DNA of 64,000 bases. Origin: Albugo candida. Lineage: Eukaryota. Of the stretch, positions 63,501 through 64,000 are shown one piece after another. A program made the position numbers and the translations under genes. The notes under the pieces are model-generated. The model was not told where the DNA came from. It worked only from the letters and a program-made list of their open reading frames with translations, and did no database searches. The number at the start of each line of letters is the position of its first letter. Position 1 is the first letter of the stretch. The stretch is taken from the NCBI GenBank assembly GCA_040437565.1, contig JBDOQK010000014.1, forward strand, positions 310,001 through 374,000. The letters are read 5' to 3'.

Positions 63501-64000
63501 TCCAACTTTGGAGAGCTGTGTGACTGCGCTTTTGATGCTGGAACGGGAAATATTCACACTTCAACTGCCGAAACACGTGATTCACGAGGAAGATATGGCG
63601 ATGCGCAATGGAATGGACGAAGAGGAAGAAGAAGAAGATTTTGAGATTCTCGCGGAAGAGGAGTCTGTTTTCTGGCCATCACGAACACATCGCTCACGAT
63701 GGATTCAAGCAGTACGAAATTGCGTTCACATTACGGATATTTCGTTGGCGGTGGAGACATTTGTGCGTCAATTAGCAATGTCCTATATCTCCGAACATGC
63801 ACTCACACCGCTTCCCGACGCGAAGACTAAGCGCGTACGATCGGAAAGAAGACGGCGCATCAAAGAAGAGGACGAAGAAATGGGAATTAGCGTTGAAGAA
63901 GAATCGGATTCGGAAAGGAAATTAACAAAGCGCGCTCGGAGGGATGATATGTTTCCGAGTGCGCAGAAATGTTCAGAAGAGTGGGAGGAAGAATGTTATG
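60599..64000 (+). CDS. PHD-finger / DDT / WHIM chromatin protein (BAZ/ACF1-like ISWI partner), continues beyond the window
   Basis: Exons 60599-61009, 61067-61122, 61181-61237, 61296-61632, 61686-61795 and 61848->64000 join in frame through GT-AG introns of 52-58 bp. They give PHD [26 protein letters not shown]...WYCKFC, DDT-like LLAVFDCLSTFG...EIHMCLLDLIL, LSWPSVL, WHIM LALLNFLI, LGQDEYRCKYWYF and WYYYSSKQQV. The terminal EWEEECY suggests a second PHD. Confidence 0.92.

Overview
Eukaryotic, most likely oomycete DNA (inferred from the TE families, a DDT/WHIM chromatin gene and ~50-60 bp introns). Roughly 80% of the window is decayed, nested transposable elements. These are seven Ty1/copia elements or fragments with short LTRs, two Ty3/gypsy elements (one a chromovirus with both LTRs and a 5-bp TSD), four copies of one L1/Tx1-like LINE family, two RTE-type LINE fragments, a Tc1/mariner element with TIRs and TA TSD, a TIR-bounded MITE-like element, four loci of a tRNA-derived SINE, and a probable solo LTR. 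Host sequence is limited to a protein-kinase pseudogene (~3.6-4.4 kb), a divergent pepsin-fold gene with no recognisable catalytic D[TS]G motif (47.2-48.1 kb) and an intron-containing PHD-DDT-WHIM (BAZ/ACF1-like) gene running off the right end. Nine 100-N gaps are present, most flanked by exact duplications that look like assembly artefacts. I found no clearly new multi-gene system. The most interesting candidates are the protease-fold gene, the twin-priming-type LINE inversion, the SINE family, the tail-less LINE 3' ends and a hairpin cluster in the LTR-like sequence abutting the chromatin gene. All alignments were made by eye; boundaries not fixed by a TSD or terminus are approximate.
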